Assembly: GCF_006345805.1 (NCBI RefSeq)
Contig: NC_043004.1
Span: 77,624,001 to 77,688,000 of the forward strand
DNA length: 64,000 nucleotides
Direction: 5' to 3'
Source of the DNA: Octopus sinensis
Taxonomy: Eukaryota
In this document: positions 11,467-24,084 of the stretch, piece after piece
Layout of the letters: each line of letters opens with the position of its first letter
Position numbering within the stretch: position 1 is the stretch's first letter
The notes under the pieces: model-generated
Told to the model about the DNA's origin: nothing
What the model saw: only the letters and a program-made list of their open reading frames with translations
The model's database searches: none
Position numbers and translations under genes: made by a program

Positions 11467-12841
11467 CTACAGTTGTGCTAGCATGTAAGGTGTATGAGTA
11501 AAACAAGATTAATTGATAGTGAATTCAAAAGAACATCTTTCAGAGTATAAACATAAGAATCGTTAAAAATAGCCGTCAAATTACACACAGTTATACAGTG
11601 TAAGAACATATCAAGAGATTTTGAAGAGAATTGAAAGTAAATACAATGAAATTGTTAGGAATAAAAAGCCAAAATTTTTATCCATAGCAAACTATAGAAT
11701 GTCCATTCATTGACAATAGGATGTTAACATTCTCTCTTTGATGCAAGATCTGTTAGTATATCTCTTGATTGTTAATACAAAATTTTTGTTAAAACTCGTA
11801 CAAATGTAGAATCTGTTGAAGCTTATCTCAGCATGAAGTCAAGGTGAGAAAGAGTGAAAGAGAGAGAAAGAGAGAGGGGGAGAAATGAGGTGAGAAAAGC
11901 ATTTTTATGATTGGCCAAAGGCAATCACATGTCTTCTGACAAGAGACCTGCCCTCAAAGGAAAGTAAATTCTAATGTCTTTCTATTATATTGTAGAGAAT
12001 AAAAGAGCTGGGTGTGGGGGGGGGGCTATATAATTGACAGTTGCTAATTGGCCAATAATGAGGACATGTGTGTCAGAGGATGATTATGCAACAAATACAT
12101 GCTGATACAGAAAAAGGAACATTTTCTTGAAAAAAGTGAAACAATAAGAGCAGGGATTGAATTTCTGCTGAGGAAACAGCTACAAATACACATTTGTATT
12201 CTGCATTAATTAATTTTGGTGGTGTTATGTATGGAAGTTATATTACTGGAATTGTGGTTTGTGATATAGAAAAGATGTAACTCCACAGAATTGTCCAGAA
12301 TCAGTTATGATGTCATGTTTTGTTTTGAACCCCTAAGTACCAATGGTCACCAAGGAATCACAAGAGATTGGGCAAAGAGTTCAAATAACTGTGAGGGATG
12401 TTGGTTGAATAAAGTAATTCTTCCAGTGCTTAGGCCATGCAGTAAAAAACAAAAAAAGATAATGAGATTGGACTTTTATCACATGAATGAATTGCAAAGT
12501 TCGTTAAAAAGAACTGTTAAAAGGTGCCACTTTTGAAAAATGAGCTCAAAAGCAGCAGGTGCTCCTTTGCATCCTCTTTAGGCAATGCTACTGAGTGTCC
12601 AGAGAGTGTCCAGAGAACAAACAGGCAAAACAATGAAGACAATCACCTTTGGTGTACAGGGACCTCACCTGAAGTGTACCTCAAGTGCACAGGCATCATC
12701 TGTCTAAAGGTATACTTTTAGTATACAGACAGTGTCTTATCAGATATGTCCAGTTTAGTGACAAACACCTCCAGTGTCTCCAGTGTATAGATATAGACAT
12801 CTACTGTACAGACAGGTACATTCAGTGTATGGAAATGCATA

Positions 12842-13075
12842 TACCTATTTCTTTACTACTCACAAGGGGCTAAACACAGAGAGAACAAACAAGGACAGAC
12901 AAATGGATTAAGTCGATTGCATCAACCCCAGTGCGTAACTGGTACTTAATTTATCGACCCCAAAAGGATGAAAGGAAAGTTGACCTCAGTGGAATTTGAA
13001 CTCAGAATGTAACGGCAGACGAAATACTGCTAAGCATTTTGCCCGGCGCGGTAACGATTCTGCCAGCTCGCCGCC
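12842..13075 (-). mobile_element. tRNA-derived SINE family C
   Basis: Full reverse copy from cctatttctttact to ctgccagctcgccgcc. Confidence 0.9.
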
Positions 13076-13454
13076 CTCAAATATGGAAATACATATATAG
13101 TCCATGTGCAGGTACTTCTGCTTTACAGTCAACCACATTCAGTGTACACCCACCACCTGCGTACAAGCACATACAATCAGCATATACATGCATACATCTC
13201 GTAACAAGCATCTCTACAGTACACACAACTTTATTGTACTCTCAGAGACACAGTGATAGAGTACAAGTTGGTACATCCCTAAGTTGGTACATCTTGTGAA
13301 CAAGAATCCATATCCAGTGAAAACAAGAACTTCCAGCATACCAGTAAACATTTTAAATATACAGTTGACATTCCGAGAGTACAGACAAGCATAATCAGGG
13401 TAAATACAGACACCTCCAGAGTGCAGACAGATGCCTTAAGTATAGGGTATAAGT

Positions 13455-15044
13455 ATAATAAATCCACGGGCGACCATTTGCAACATTCAGCAGTGTTGTT
13501 TCACTTCCTTAAGGACAACTTAATTGGTAAGGAACTATTTGACACAGTCCCAGACTCCTTTCTGTTCAACTAATTGGCAAACTAATTTCCGTTAAACGTG
13601 AACAGAGAGTGGCAAGTGGAAAGCTTTGTGTAAGAAATTATTAGGATGCTGAGCTGCCAATTGCACCTCTTGCCTCGTCATTAGTAGCCATGTTCTATGT
13701 TTTGTAGTGACCCTGAAGGAATAGATTCAAGCAGCCTGTGAACAACTTATGCATTATATTCAAACATGCTATGAGCCCGTAGTTTTGGGTCGTATAAATC
13801 TGCATTTCAGGCACTAATACCGTACATGCTACTGTCAGCCAGATTGACACATTCAGGTCAGCATTCACGGTTCTTTTGAATAGGTAAACAAGGGCTATCC
13901 ATATCCCCTTTCCCTAATGGCTCTTTCCTTAAATCGTTCATTTATGAGTTTGAGGATATGGCCATTTATACTGCAATATACAGTTTGTGAGTTTAGTGTA
14001 AGTGGGCAATTGACAACTCTTCTGCATCCTAATAATTTCTTACACAAAGTTTTCCACTTGCCTCTCTCTATTCATCAGCATCATCATCAAAACCACCACC
14101 ACCACCACCACCAACATCATCATCATCATCATCGTTTAACGTCCACTTTCCATGCTAGCATGGGTTGGACGATTTGATTGAGGTCTGGTGAACCAGATAG
14201 CTGCACCAGACTCCAATCTGATCTGGTAGAGTTTCTAAGGCTGGATGCCCTTCCTAATGCCAACCACTCTGAGATTGTAGCGGGTGCTTTTACATGCCAC
14301 TGGCACGAGGACCAGTCAGGCAGTACTGGCAATGGCCACTCTCAAATGGTGCTTTTTATGTGCCATCTGCACAGGAGCCAGTCCAGCGGCACTGGCAACG
14401 ACCTTGCTCGAATATTTTTTCATGTGCCACCAGCAGTATGGTGATGCAGGTAATGATCACGCTCGAATGGTACTTTTTACGTGTCACCGGCACGGAGGCC
14501 AGCTTGTTGCTCTGGCAACGATCACTCTCATATAGTACTCTTAGTGCTCCACTAGCACAGATGCCAGTCATTGAATTTGATTTCGATTTCACTTGCCTCA
14601 ACAGGTCTTCGCAAACAGAGTTTAGTGTTCAATGAAGGAAAGGTAGGCATAAGGGGGCTGGTTACACCCCTGGCATAGGCTTCAGCTTGCCGAGTCTTCT
14701 CAAGCACAGCATATTTCCAAAGGTCCAGTCACTAGTCATTGCCTCAGTGAGGCCTAATGTTCAAAGGTCATGCTTCACCACCTCATCCCAGGTCTTCCTG
14801 GGTCTACTTCTTCCACAGGTTCCCTCAACCGCTAGGGTGTGGCACTTTTTCACACAGCTATCCACATCCATTCTCACCACATGGCCATACCAGCGCAGTC
14901 GTCTCTCAGGAAATTAGTTTGCCCATTAGTAGAACAGAAAGGAGTCTGGGACTGTGACAAATAGTTCCTTACCAATTAAGTTGTCCTTAAGGAAGTGAAA
15001 CAACACTGCTGAATGTTGCAGATGGTGGCCCATGGACTTATTAT
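13455..15044. mobile_element. Non-autonomous DNA transposon with ~135-bp terminal inverted repeats, containing an RTE insertion
   Basis: 13455-13590 (ataataaatccacggg...aactaatttcc) is the reverse complement of 14909-15044 (ggaaattagttt...ggacttattat). Confidence 0.8.
14116..14908 (-). mobile_element. 5'-truncated RTE LINE: ORF C-terminus plus tandem-unit 3' UTR
   Basis: Minus-strand ERRLRWYGHVVRMDVDSCVKKCHTLAVEGTCGRSRPRKTWDEVVKHDL is a typical RTE C-terminus. It is contiguous with the hairpin units and (gat)n tail. Confidence 0.92.
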
Positions 15045-15732
15045 TCACTTTGTCCTTGATGCTCAAATTCTGCTATGGTTGACTTTACCTGTCATCCTTT
15101 TGGGGTCAGCTAAATAAGTACCTATCAAGTACTGGGATCAACTTGTCCCTTCTCTCCAAAATTGGTAGCCTTGTGCCAAAATTAGAAAGAATTTTACTGG
15201 TCCTATGTTCTTTCTATTTCAAATTTCTATTCGCTATGTTTTAACAACAAAACTTGATTATTCTACATCATTCTGTAGTTATAATTAAAGTAAGTTTTTC
15301 ATATTTCTTTTGAATACAGAGGTACCTGATGTGCATAACATATGCAATAACTTCTCTATGGAGACTTCTTAAATTTTGTTATAGCTAAACTTTACAAGAT
15401 TGGTGAAAATTAAGAGGCCTAACTCAAATATTTGCAGCAGAATTATCTCTGCTAAACACATTCAAAAGTGAGGAGGTGGTATCAAACTTAGCAACAGATT
15501 AAGTTTACAACACAATGGGAGATTTTAGGTGGCAAGTATTACTTGAAGTTCTCTGACTGTTGATATTGTCATACCTAACTATCCTTGGTGAATTGATGTT
15601 TAAATCATTCTAAGATTTATATTAGTAAACAGGTGAACAGTTTTACATCAAGGATATTGATATGATATCAAAGAATTGTTAGCTTCTAGCAGATTGCTGC
15701 TTCTTTGCTTTGTTTAACAAATTGATAATGCA

Positions 15733-15962
15733 ATCATCATCATCATCATCATCATCGTCGTCATCGTTTAACGTCCGTTTTCCGTGCTAGCACGGGTTGG
15801 ATAGTTTGACTGGGGTTTGGGAAGCCAGGAGGCTGCACCAGGCTCCAATCTGATCTGACAGTGTTTCTACAGTTGGATGCCCTTCCTAATGCCAACCACT
15901 CCGTGAGTGTAGTGGGTGCTTTTTACGTGCCACCGGCACAGGTGCCAGGCGAGGCTGGCAGC
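15733..15962 (-). mobile_element. RTE-type LINE 3' UTR copy
   Basis: (cat)n followed by cgtttaacgtccgttttccgtgctagcacggg. Confidence 0.85.
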
Positions 15963-16119
15963 AATATTTCTTTTAATATAATTGACTGGGCTAGTATGGG
16001 TTGGAAAAATTGCCATTAAAAAATATTGGTCACACATTTGTAGTGTAACACTCTAACGAAATATAAATCAATATTATTTAAACATACCACGGTAATGAGC
16101 AGTAATGAGCAGGCAGTAT

Positions 16120-16318
16120 CATTAGAAAGGCTGGGCAAAATGCTTAGTGACATTTAATCTGTCTTTTCAATCTGAGTTCAAATTCTGCCCAGGTCAACTT
16201 TGCCCTTCATCTTTTCAAAGTTGATAAAATAAGTACCAGTTGAATGCTAGGGTTGATGTAATTGGCTTAACCTCTCCCAAGAACTTGCTGGCCTTGTGCC
16301 AAAATTTGAAACCAATAT
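16120..16318 (+). mobile_element. tRNA-derived SINE family C
   Basis: gagttcaaattctgcc...gcccttcatcttttc...gataaaataagtaccag...gtgccaaaatttgaaacc. Confidence 0.75.
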
Positions 16319-17125
16319 TATTTCAACATACCATTGAAAATATTTGAATCTATCAGTAAATATTTAGTTGATTCACAGAATTCTAATTGAAATATTAAAA
16401 AAAATATCATTTCGCATTTTATTTCAAACATTTCTTTAAAATGGTTTAGTTTGAGGGAAAGGGGACATTGCTTCTTTAATCAGTCTAGGCTGAATACTCA
16501 CAATTACTGGTCTCTGCTGAAGGCACTGGTGGTGTCTAACTGGTTGATGCATTAAGTTGACCACTCTAGAACAGGAGCAGTCTCTCTGGCAGGCTTCCAC
16601 GTAATTTCTGACCTCTAAATTTCCCTTACAAGACTTTGGCCAACCTGAGGTTATGGCAGGAGACACCCAAGGTACTGACACAGTGGGACTGAATTCAAAA
16701 GAACAGGTGTGTGAAGTGAACTATTTAACCACACAGCTATGCTCACACCTATTATTGGCAAAAGCGCCAAATATCGCAATTTACAGCTCAGAGAAAGGAA
16801 TGACTGTCATTTGTGTATTGTTTTTCCCAGAAAGAAAGGGATGGCGATTGCCTAAGCAGATAGACATCTTAACAGCTGCAGATGCTATAATAATGCGAAG
16901 GGAGACAATTCACATTAGTCTGCTACAACCATGCTTCCCCCACAGCAGATGCGCACACCCCATCCTCATTCACTTTCTCTACAAGCCGTTTGTCAAGAAT
17001 TTCTTGTGATTGCTTTCTTATTCTAATTGGCTCACTGTCATCCGTTCTCATTGTCACACAACACATCAAGTCCAGTACAGTATCTTTACACATCGTCTTA
17101 TCCGTAGCTTTCCCCAAATAGCGAC

Positions 17126-17141
17126 ATGGAACTGGAAGCTG
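17126..17141 (+). CDS. Exon 1 (MELEA+G) of predicted 270-aa protein
   Basis: gacATGg Kozak context and strong donor G|gtaaga. Phase 1 matches the acceptor at 21018. An inverted CCAAT box (attgg) lies at ~17026. Confidence 0.6.
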
Positions 17142-18872
17142 GTAAGATCCACTTATATATTTTTCAAGCACCATTCCTTATCTTCATGTTTCTTCTTCTG
17201 CTGTTTTATATTTTTCCTTCCTTTCATTTTTTTTTAAAGGAATAAATATTGGAAATAGTTTTTCGAATGTTTTTATCACATATCTTGCAAGTCAGTGTAG
17301 TAGTAGTCTTAACTGTTGCCATGGCAATCATAGATTTCAAGCGATCCAAATATTTCCGATACAAACAATTAATTATCTCGAGCCAAGCAGGGAGCCTCTA
17401 CGTGGTTGCTCAATTTGCTAGAAATAACAATTAAATTTCCTCTGAAAACATCCCACTCTCTTAAAAACGGGAAGGACACTTAAAAAAATGTTGATTTAAA
17501 TTCTCTTAAAATGTTATGGTTGAAATATATTTGATCATAGGTTTGCTTAATCAGATCAAGACTACGGTTTAATGACAGTAATTAATTGTATTTTCAGTCA
17601 TTGACTGAAAACATTGATTTTCACTGACTGATTCTACCCAGGTAGCATCATAGCAGTTGCCTTTCTTCAGATTTGGCCTACGACAGTATTGAATAATTAC
17701 TTCTACACATTTAGAAATACAAAAACTAGTAGCATTAATTAAGTGTTTCGTAATGCCACCAATTAATGTGTCAATTACTTTATAGATTGTTCGTTTTCTA
17801 TATTGTCATGAAATAACAATAAGACTACCACTGTCTTTATTCCTCGATCTATGAAAAAGTTAAATTGTCAAGTATATATAGTTGTATAAATAGGGAAAAC
17901 ACGACACGGTTTTATCGCTATGAAATTTAAAGCCCCACCCCACAAAAAAAGAAAGAAAATAATAATAATAACAATTAAGGGTGGTCTCGGAAGGCTTGCA
18001 GCCTTCATGTTTAACCAGCCTTACTACTACTTGTCAACTAAATGACATCTCAGCATCAAAACATTTAGACTGCTGTAACAAACAGTGACATACAATATGT
18101 GTTCTACAAAATATTATTGTTGTGATAAAATGATATTAACTAAATGGACATTTATATTTGTAATTAATTGCTCGGCATTGTGGCGTTATTTTCCTTTGCA
18201 AAGACACCAATTGTTTTAGCTACAAAATGACATTTTAACATCTGGAATTTATTTCAAATAAAAATATTATTAATGCTCTATTTTTATAAAATTCATAATT
18301 TATCTGCCATAATTAGCGAAGAATTCAAGAATATTTCGATATGATACACAATTCTTGTTTGAAAATTTTATTTCAACGTATTGGTTTATTTATTCGTATG
18401 ATTTGATAATCTTTAGAACTCGTTAAATATATATTTGATTGTAATATTTCAGAATCACCGTCGTTCTTGTCTTGGAAGTTTTTTTTTAATTTTTGTTTCT
18501 TGTTATCTGTTTTCATTTTAAATTTCTAAGAGTCAATTAACAACACTTAACGTTTGCATCATTATTTTCATCCAGATATCCATTTTGATATATTTCACTT
18601 GTATTTCCTAAAACAATTTTTTACGATTTCAACCTTGATATTTTGTTTGATGGGTTGCTACATTTAGGACTTTATTGTTACTATTTATTGGAAGCCAACA
18701 CCCAGATAATTATTTAATTATTTTTTAAAACTTAAATGGTATTTAGATCTATCATTAATGTGCTTTTTAATACTAGTACTAACTCTATTTGATGCAACTT
18801 TATAACTGACAGAATCGTTTCAAGGCCCCATGAAAGCGCATGTATTTCTTTGTCAGAATAGTTTTGTTTTGA

Positions 18873-18913
18873 ATAATAATAATAATAATATAATAATAAT
18901 AATAATAATAATA
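18873..18913. repeat. (AAT)n microsatellite
   Basis: Direct run. Confidence 0.95.
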
Positions 18914-18954
18914 TTTTCGAAGGTAAAAAGTAAAATCGATGCAATCAAGTGCAG

Positions 18955-20045
18955 AGTTTGTCCCTCCCAGATTCTCGTCGCCTCTCCCATGCTTTGACGA
19001 CCTAATCTTCATGAAACTCGATGCTTGGTTTTGGTCAATGTAAGATTCTATCCAGAGCCTCGTGACCAGGTTGCTTTGCCCAAACGGTTTGGTGGTCTTG
19101 GTTTGCGCAAGTGCTCCTCTCTATCTTTTCCCCGTATTCTTTCCTCCATCTATGCTTGCTCTCCTCTAGTAGGCAACATTCTCTCCTATCCAACACAGAC
19201 TAGGGAGATGGATGAAGCTCTATTACAGTAGAGAGAGCTGGGGGGTTTTTTTTCAGTCCCTGTTACAGTTGAGGATAGACAGAAGCAGAGAGTATGGAAC
19301 AATGTACACTTAAGTGTCACTTTCAATTCTCTCCTTGATCAACCTGATCAATTTTCAAAGTGTCACCTACTTTCTGCTAGTGCAAAATTCTCGGAAGACT
19401 GGATTGATGCCCTACCTGTGGCCAGTATTGGGGGTCTACTCACTGTAGATGAGCTCCACATCTCTATGGCAGTGGGAGCCGACGTCTGTAGGGGACTGAA
19501 ATGTCGCTGCGGTAAGCCCCTCAACTTCACAGGTCTTCACGGTTATCTTGCCGCCTAAATGTTTGTCATTTCGCTCGTCTCACCGTGCTAAACTTACTCA
19601 TTAAGCGTGCTTTGGCTCAGATTAATATCCCGTCAGTTCTGGAGCTGGCAGGATTATCCAGAAGTGATAGGAAAAGACCAGGTAGTCTGTCCCTGAGTAA
19701 GAGGTAGGTGTCTCATCTGGGACGTCACAGTCTTTGACTCGTTTGCTCCTTCCCACATCCTGGATGCTGTGGTAAATGGGAACGTCACTAATTCCGTAGC
19801 CGAACGGAACAAAATCCTGAAATATCGGGACTTGTCACTGAACTATCTCTTCCAAGCTGTGGTGTTTGAGACATTTGGAGCGGCTGGGCCGTTAAAGGCG
19901 AAGTTCATCGTTGACAGCTCGTCTGACCGAGGTGTCAGGAGATGGCCGTGAAGGTGCTTGGCTGTTCCAACGCCCAAGCTTCACCATCGCAATGCTGCAA
20001 GCGTTTTGCCATGCTTCAGCAGGTACCGTTGAACCTTTGTGATGT
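18955..20045 (+). mobile_element. Degraded RLE-type non-LTR retrotransposon (CRE-like), 3' part
   Basis: LPKRFGGLGLR; WIDALPVASIG; zinc knuckle CRCGKPLNFTGLHG; ARLTVLNLLIKRALAQINIPSVLE; RKRPGS (RPD motif decayed); LIWDVTV; AERNKILKY; FETFGAAGP. Confidence 0.85.
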
Positions 20046-20576
20046 GCGACCAATTGAGGCACTTGGTATTGCATTGATGTTCCCCCCCCCCTTTGTTTTT
20101 TGTTTTTCTTGTGTAAAATATATTCCTTTCACTGAATTATTGCAAATTGTAACAAACAGAATTTATTTTGATAAGATAATTATTTCTTCGTATATACCTA
20201 TTTTCTATCTTCAAACACTAAAATGCTAACACATTCTATCAAGAGCAAAATTTTACAGGAAAGTAATTATGTCGCGTGTATTTGCTGTTAATCGTTCTCT
20301 CGTGTATTAACATTCGATATGCTTTTGATAATTAATAGCCATGTTGCGCTCGTTAATTAAGAACGTAGTAAACCTTTCAAATTGACAATGTCAGTTCATT
20401 ATTTTCCTTTCAATACTAAATAGTTTCATTTTGTAAACCTTTGAAGTAACTACTTTCACTTTCATGGTGCCGTGCATATGACTAACTGCTCAAACATGTT
20501 AGACTTCGTTAGAAATAAACAAATATTAATAGTTATGGTAGTTAAAAATAACATTCATTGAATAAATTAACGTTCA

Positions 20577-20977
20577 GTCGTGGCTGTGTGGTAAGAAGCT
20601 TGCTTCCCAACCACATATTCCAGGTTCAGTCCCACTGCGTGGAACCTTGGGCAAGTGTCTTCTACTATAGCTTCGGGCCGAGTAAAGACTTGTGAGTGGA
20701 TTTGATAGGCGGAAACTGAAAGAAGCCCGTCGTATATGTGTGTGCGTGTGTGTGTTTATATGTGTGTATCTGTGTTTGTCCCCACCAACCATCGCTTGAT
20801 AACCGATGCTGGTATGTTTATGTCCCCGTAACCTAGCGGTTCAGCAAAACAGATGCAATAAGTATTAGGCTCGCAAAGAATAAGTCCTGGGATCAATGTC
20901 TTCGACTAAAATCCTTTAAAGCAGTTCTCTTCCATGGCCGCAGTCAAATGACTGAAACAAGTAAAAGAATAAAAGAA
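20577..20977 (+). mobile_element. tRNA-derived SINE family B, near full length
   Basis: tggctgtgtggtaag A box, ggttcagtccc B box, CORE-like ccttgggcaagt, internal (tg)n, tail aaacaagtaaaagaataaaagaa. Confidence 0.9.
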
Positions 20978-21017
20978 TTGTTCCTTTTAATTTGACTTCA
21001 TTGCGCTCATAATTTAG

Positions 21018-21197
21018 TGAAGACGCCTGACTTAATGATCGTTGTGTTGAAGTCAAGATCTGCCAGTCATGGTTTTGATTCTCCACCCTCCGTGAACATA
21101 ACGCGGTGTGATGTGTGTTTGAGCGAAATACCTCATGTCACGTTGTTCCAGGACAGTCTGTTGAAAATTAGTACCAGTGGCACTCAGCAACAGTCTG
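21018..21197 (+). CDS. Exon 2 (VKTPDLMIVV...RCDVCLSEIPH...TQQQS)
   Basis: tttag| acceptor and G|gtaaga donor; 180 bp, open, phase 1-1. An alternative in-frame ATG lies at 21035. Confidence 0.75.
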
Positions 21198-22167
21198 GTA
21201 AGAGAGAGACTTGTTCTTCGGCCTTAAACGCTTTAAAAATCTGGATAAGTTCAACATCATGAACTTGTAGGCTCGAGATATTTTATTTTCAATTATTTCC
21301 TTCGTTTATCAGACTAAAATTTGATCCTGGTAAATCTTACTCCAAATTTAGATTCAGATGAATATGGTCCTTAAGTTAAAGGCACCAGAATTTGGTATAG
21401 TATTATCCATATAAATTAAATGGGGTGATTATAATCAAAATAAGCAACAAGGATATCCAAGCTAGTGTAGTACAATCGTTTCATGCTACTTCATTTTATT
21501 AAACACTGTATTACATCAGTTTTAAAATGTCGAGCAATCTTCAGCCACATATAGAATTTTTTAATTAAATGGACAATGTACATTTTTATACTTATTTCAT
21601 TTCCCAACATTACAAAGAGGGTAGATATATAGACAGAGAGGTTAATTCCATCATTAAGAACATGGTAGTAGTATGTCCTTCTCCATCTGTAGATTTATTA
21701 TCACTCCATATATATATACTACATATGTGGGAAATTCTGTCTGTGGGTGTTTGAAGAAATTGATCCCAGGACTTATTCTTTGTGAGCCTAATACTTATCA
21801 TCTTGTTTGTTGTTATCAACAAACAAAATGAGGACAAATATTCGTCAAATGTAAATAATGTTATTTCTTAGTAGTTGAACTGTTAGAGTTATTTTCGCAA
21901 TTTATCCAGTACAACCCTTAAACAAGTAAAAAGTATTTTCCTAAACAATAGATCCACTTATTTCAGTTAGTGACTTTCTCACGAATACACCAACACTAGC
22001 GCTCCTGAGGGTAATATTCTCTGGGAACGCACAAAAGCCCTTTTCAGAGTTATTTACTTTGAATTGTTATTATCTCATATCTGATTAGCCTGTTATTACG
22101 TAACACACTTCACGATTTTAGTATACATACCTTATTAGTATTTCCTCCTATGTTCTATATACTCTGG

Positions 22168-22490
22168 GAACTGGTACTTAATTTATCGACCCCTAAACGA
22201 TGAAAGGCAAAGTCGACCTCGGCGGAATTTGAACTCAGAACATAAAGACGGACGAAATACCTATTTCTTTACTACCCACAAGGGGCTAAACACAGAGAGG
22301 ACAAACAAGGACAAAGAGATTAAGTCGATCATATCGACCCCAGTGCGTAACTGGTACTTATTTAATCGACCCCGAAAGGATGAAAGGCAAAGTCGATCTC
22401 GGTGGAATTTGAACTCAGAACGCAGCGGCAGACGAAATACCACAAAGCATTTCGCCCGGCGTGCTAACGTTTCTGCCAGCTCGCCGCCTT
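22168..22490 (-). mobile_element. Two adjacent family C SINE copies (one partial, one full)
   Basis: The aactggtactta...gaactcagaac block occurs twice. The full copy spans 22258-22490. Confidence 0.9.
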
Positions 22491-22499
22491 AGAGGAAAT

Positions 22500-23560
22500 A
22501 AAAAAATTGCGCCGTGTCTTGTTAGAAGCTTCCTTTTCTCCAGCGCCTTCAGTTGGTCTCGCTGGAGATATGGCACTTGTTTCTTCATCTCTATTTCTAC
22601 ACTCATAACCGGTCCCAAAGTGCAATTCCAAGTCACCGAACATTTTGACTACCGGGATCACTCTTCTTAAATAGTACCCGAATTCTTTAGAGATTTCAAA
22701 TCCATCTGTTACCATCTTGGGCTCTTCATTCATTTTCTTCATTGCGCTTCTGTATTCACGAATGAGTCCATTGCCTTCATAAGTAGATGGGACAACAGTA
22801 ACATTTGTTTTTAGGTTCCCTCCTATTTCATTTTCTTTGTATAATTCTGTTGTGTTCTCAGCGTAATGTTCAGGAAATAATCTCCTATATGTTTGGTCAG
22901 CATACTTCCTTAAATGTTGTTTCGTTAAAAAATAGAAAAAGTCCAGAAATTGACTCACCTTTAAATTTCCTTGGGTTATGTAAATACCTCAAGAGAGTCG
23001 GGGTTTCGACATTTCTTCTCTTATTATATCTATGCATAAGTCTTTCACGAAGATTTAGAGCCAAAGGGTTGCCGACGATATTAAGTTTATTCAATAAAAA
23101 TTCTGTAGAATATTCCGCTTTCAGTAAACCCGTATCATCAGCGCAAATAGCCTTCAAAATAATTTCTACTGAATGCAGAATTTCATATAGTAAATTGAGA
23201 GATTTCCATTCTTCCTCATCGACGGTATCTGTAGAAAGTTCTGCTCGTAGAGCATTTGGAATGCAGCTTTTCAATTTCAGAAATCTCTCAATCATATGGA
23301 ATGTGCTATTCCACCGTGTTCTGCAATCCAGTATAAGTTTATATTCTCTGTTACCAAAGTTCGCTCGTACAAAACCTTGCAAAATTTCATTTTTTGTAGG
23401 AGATTTACGGAAAAGTTTTGAAATTTTTCTTACCTTATTTAAAACTTTGTTAAATTCAGGATTTAGCTGGGGAAAACAAGCATTTTCGTGAGCCAAATCT
23501 GTTTGACAAAGTATGTCTTGTTGGCTTATGTTAGCTTCATCATCACTATCGTCTGTTAGA
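22500..23560 (-). pseudogene. Degraded hAT transposase, C-terminal half
   Basis: LNKVRKISKLFRKSPTKNEILQ...LILDCRTRWNSTFHMIERFL (hAT TRWNS motif), continuing by frameshift to a PVMSVEIE-like dimerisation region. Confidence 0.9.
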
Positions 23561-23942
23561 GCGATCTCTTCACTTTTTTAATCAAAAAATTTAGTGTTAC
23601 TTCCTTGAAATGAATCTGGAACTGGTTATTACATATGCTCAACGGGAAAGATCACCCGACTGAAGACTAACAACATCCCCATGACTTGCTATGAATAAAC
23701 TCAGTTACCTGCAAATTCAAAGAGTCAGCCAGGGGTTAGCGAAGGAGATGACAAGGTGCTGATCTAAGGTTCAAGGGGAAAGAAGGTGAGAATTGATATG
23801 TAGCGATATGTTTCAGTGAAACAGACAGCACTCAACTAAAGGCGACCGACAACAGTTCAGTTAGTCCAGTTTCAATGATATTTCTTGAAAAGAAAAAATG
23901 GAGAAATGTTTTGCGAAAAAAAAAAAAAAGAAAAGAAACAGT

Positions 23943-24057
23943 GGATCTTTTCACTTTGACCGGCACATTAAAAAAATAGTTATTTATAACTAAACACTTT
24001 TAAACTTCGTATACTGGTAGAATGTGTTACATAAAATATCTTTTATTGAAAAGATCC
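23943..24057. mobile_element. Internally deleted MITE with GGATCTTTTC TIRs and apparent 8-bp TSD
   Basis: ggatcttttc...gaaaagatcc, flanked by gaaacagt and gaaacagc. Confidence 0.75.
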
Positions 24058-24084
24058 GAAACAGCAAGCCTTAAAATCGGTTTT

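Noticed and set aside
16653-17237. ORFs 16653-17009, 16923-17174 and 17010-17237 as genes
   Set aside because: No recognisable domains. One starts in a SINE remnant, and the region is better explained as promoter/5' UTR of the + strand gene.
21500-21550. Hammerhead-like ggCTGAAGA on the minus strand
   Set aside because: No GAAA half or convincing stem II.
22805-23491. 228-aa plus-strand ORF
   Set aside because: Antisense shadow of the hAT transposase relic.
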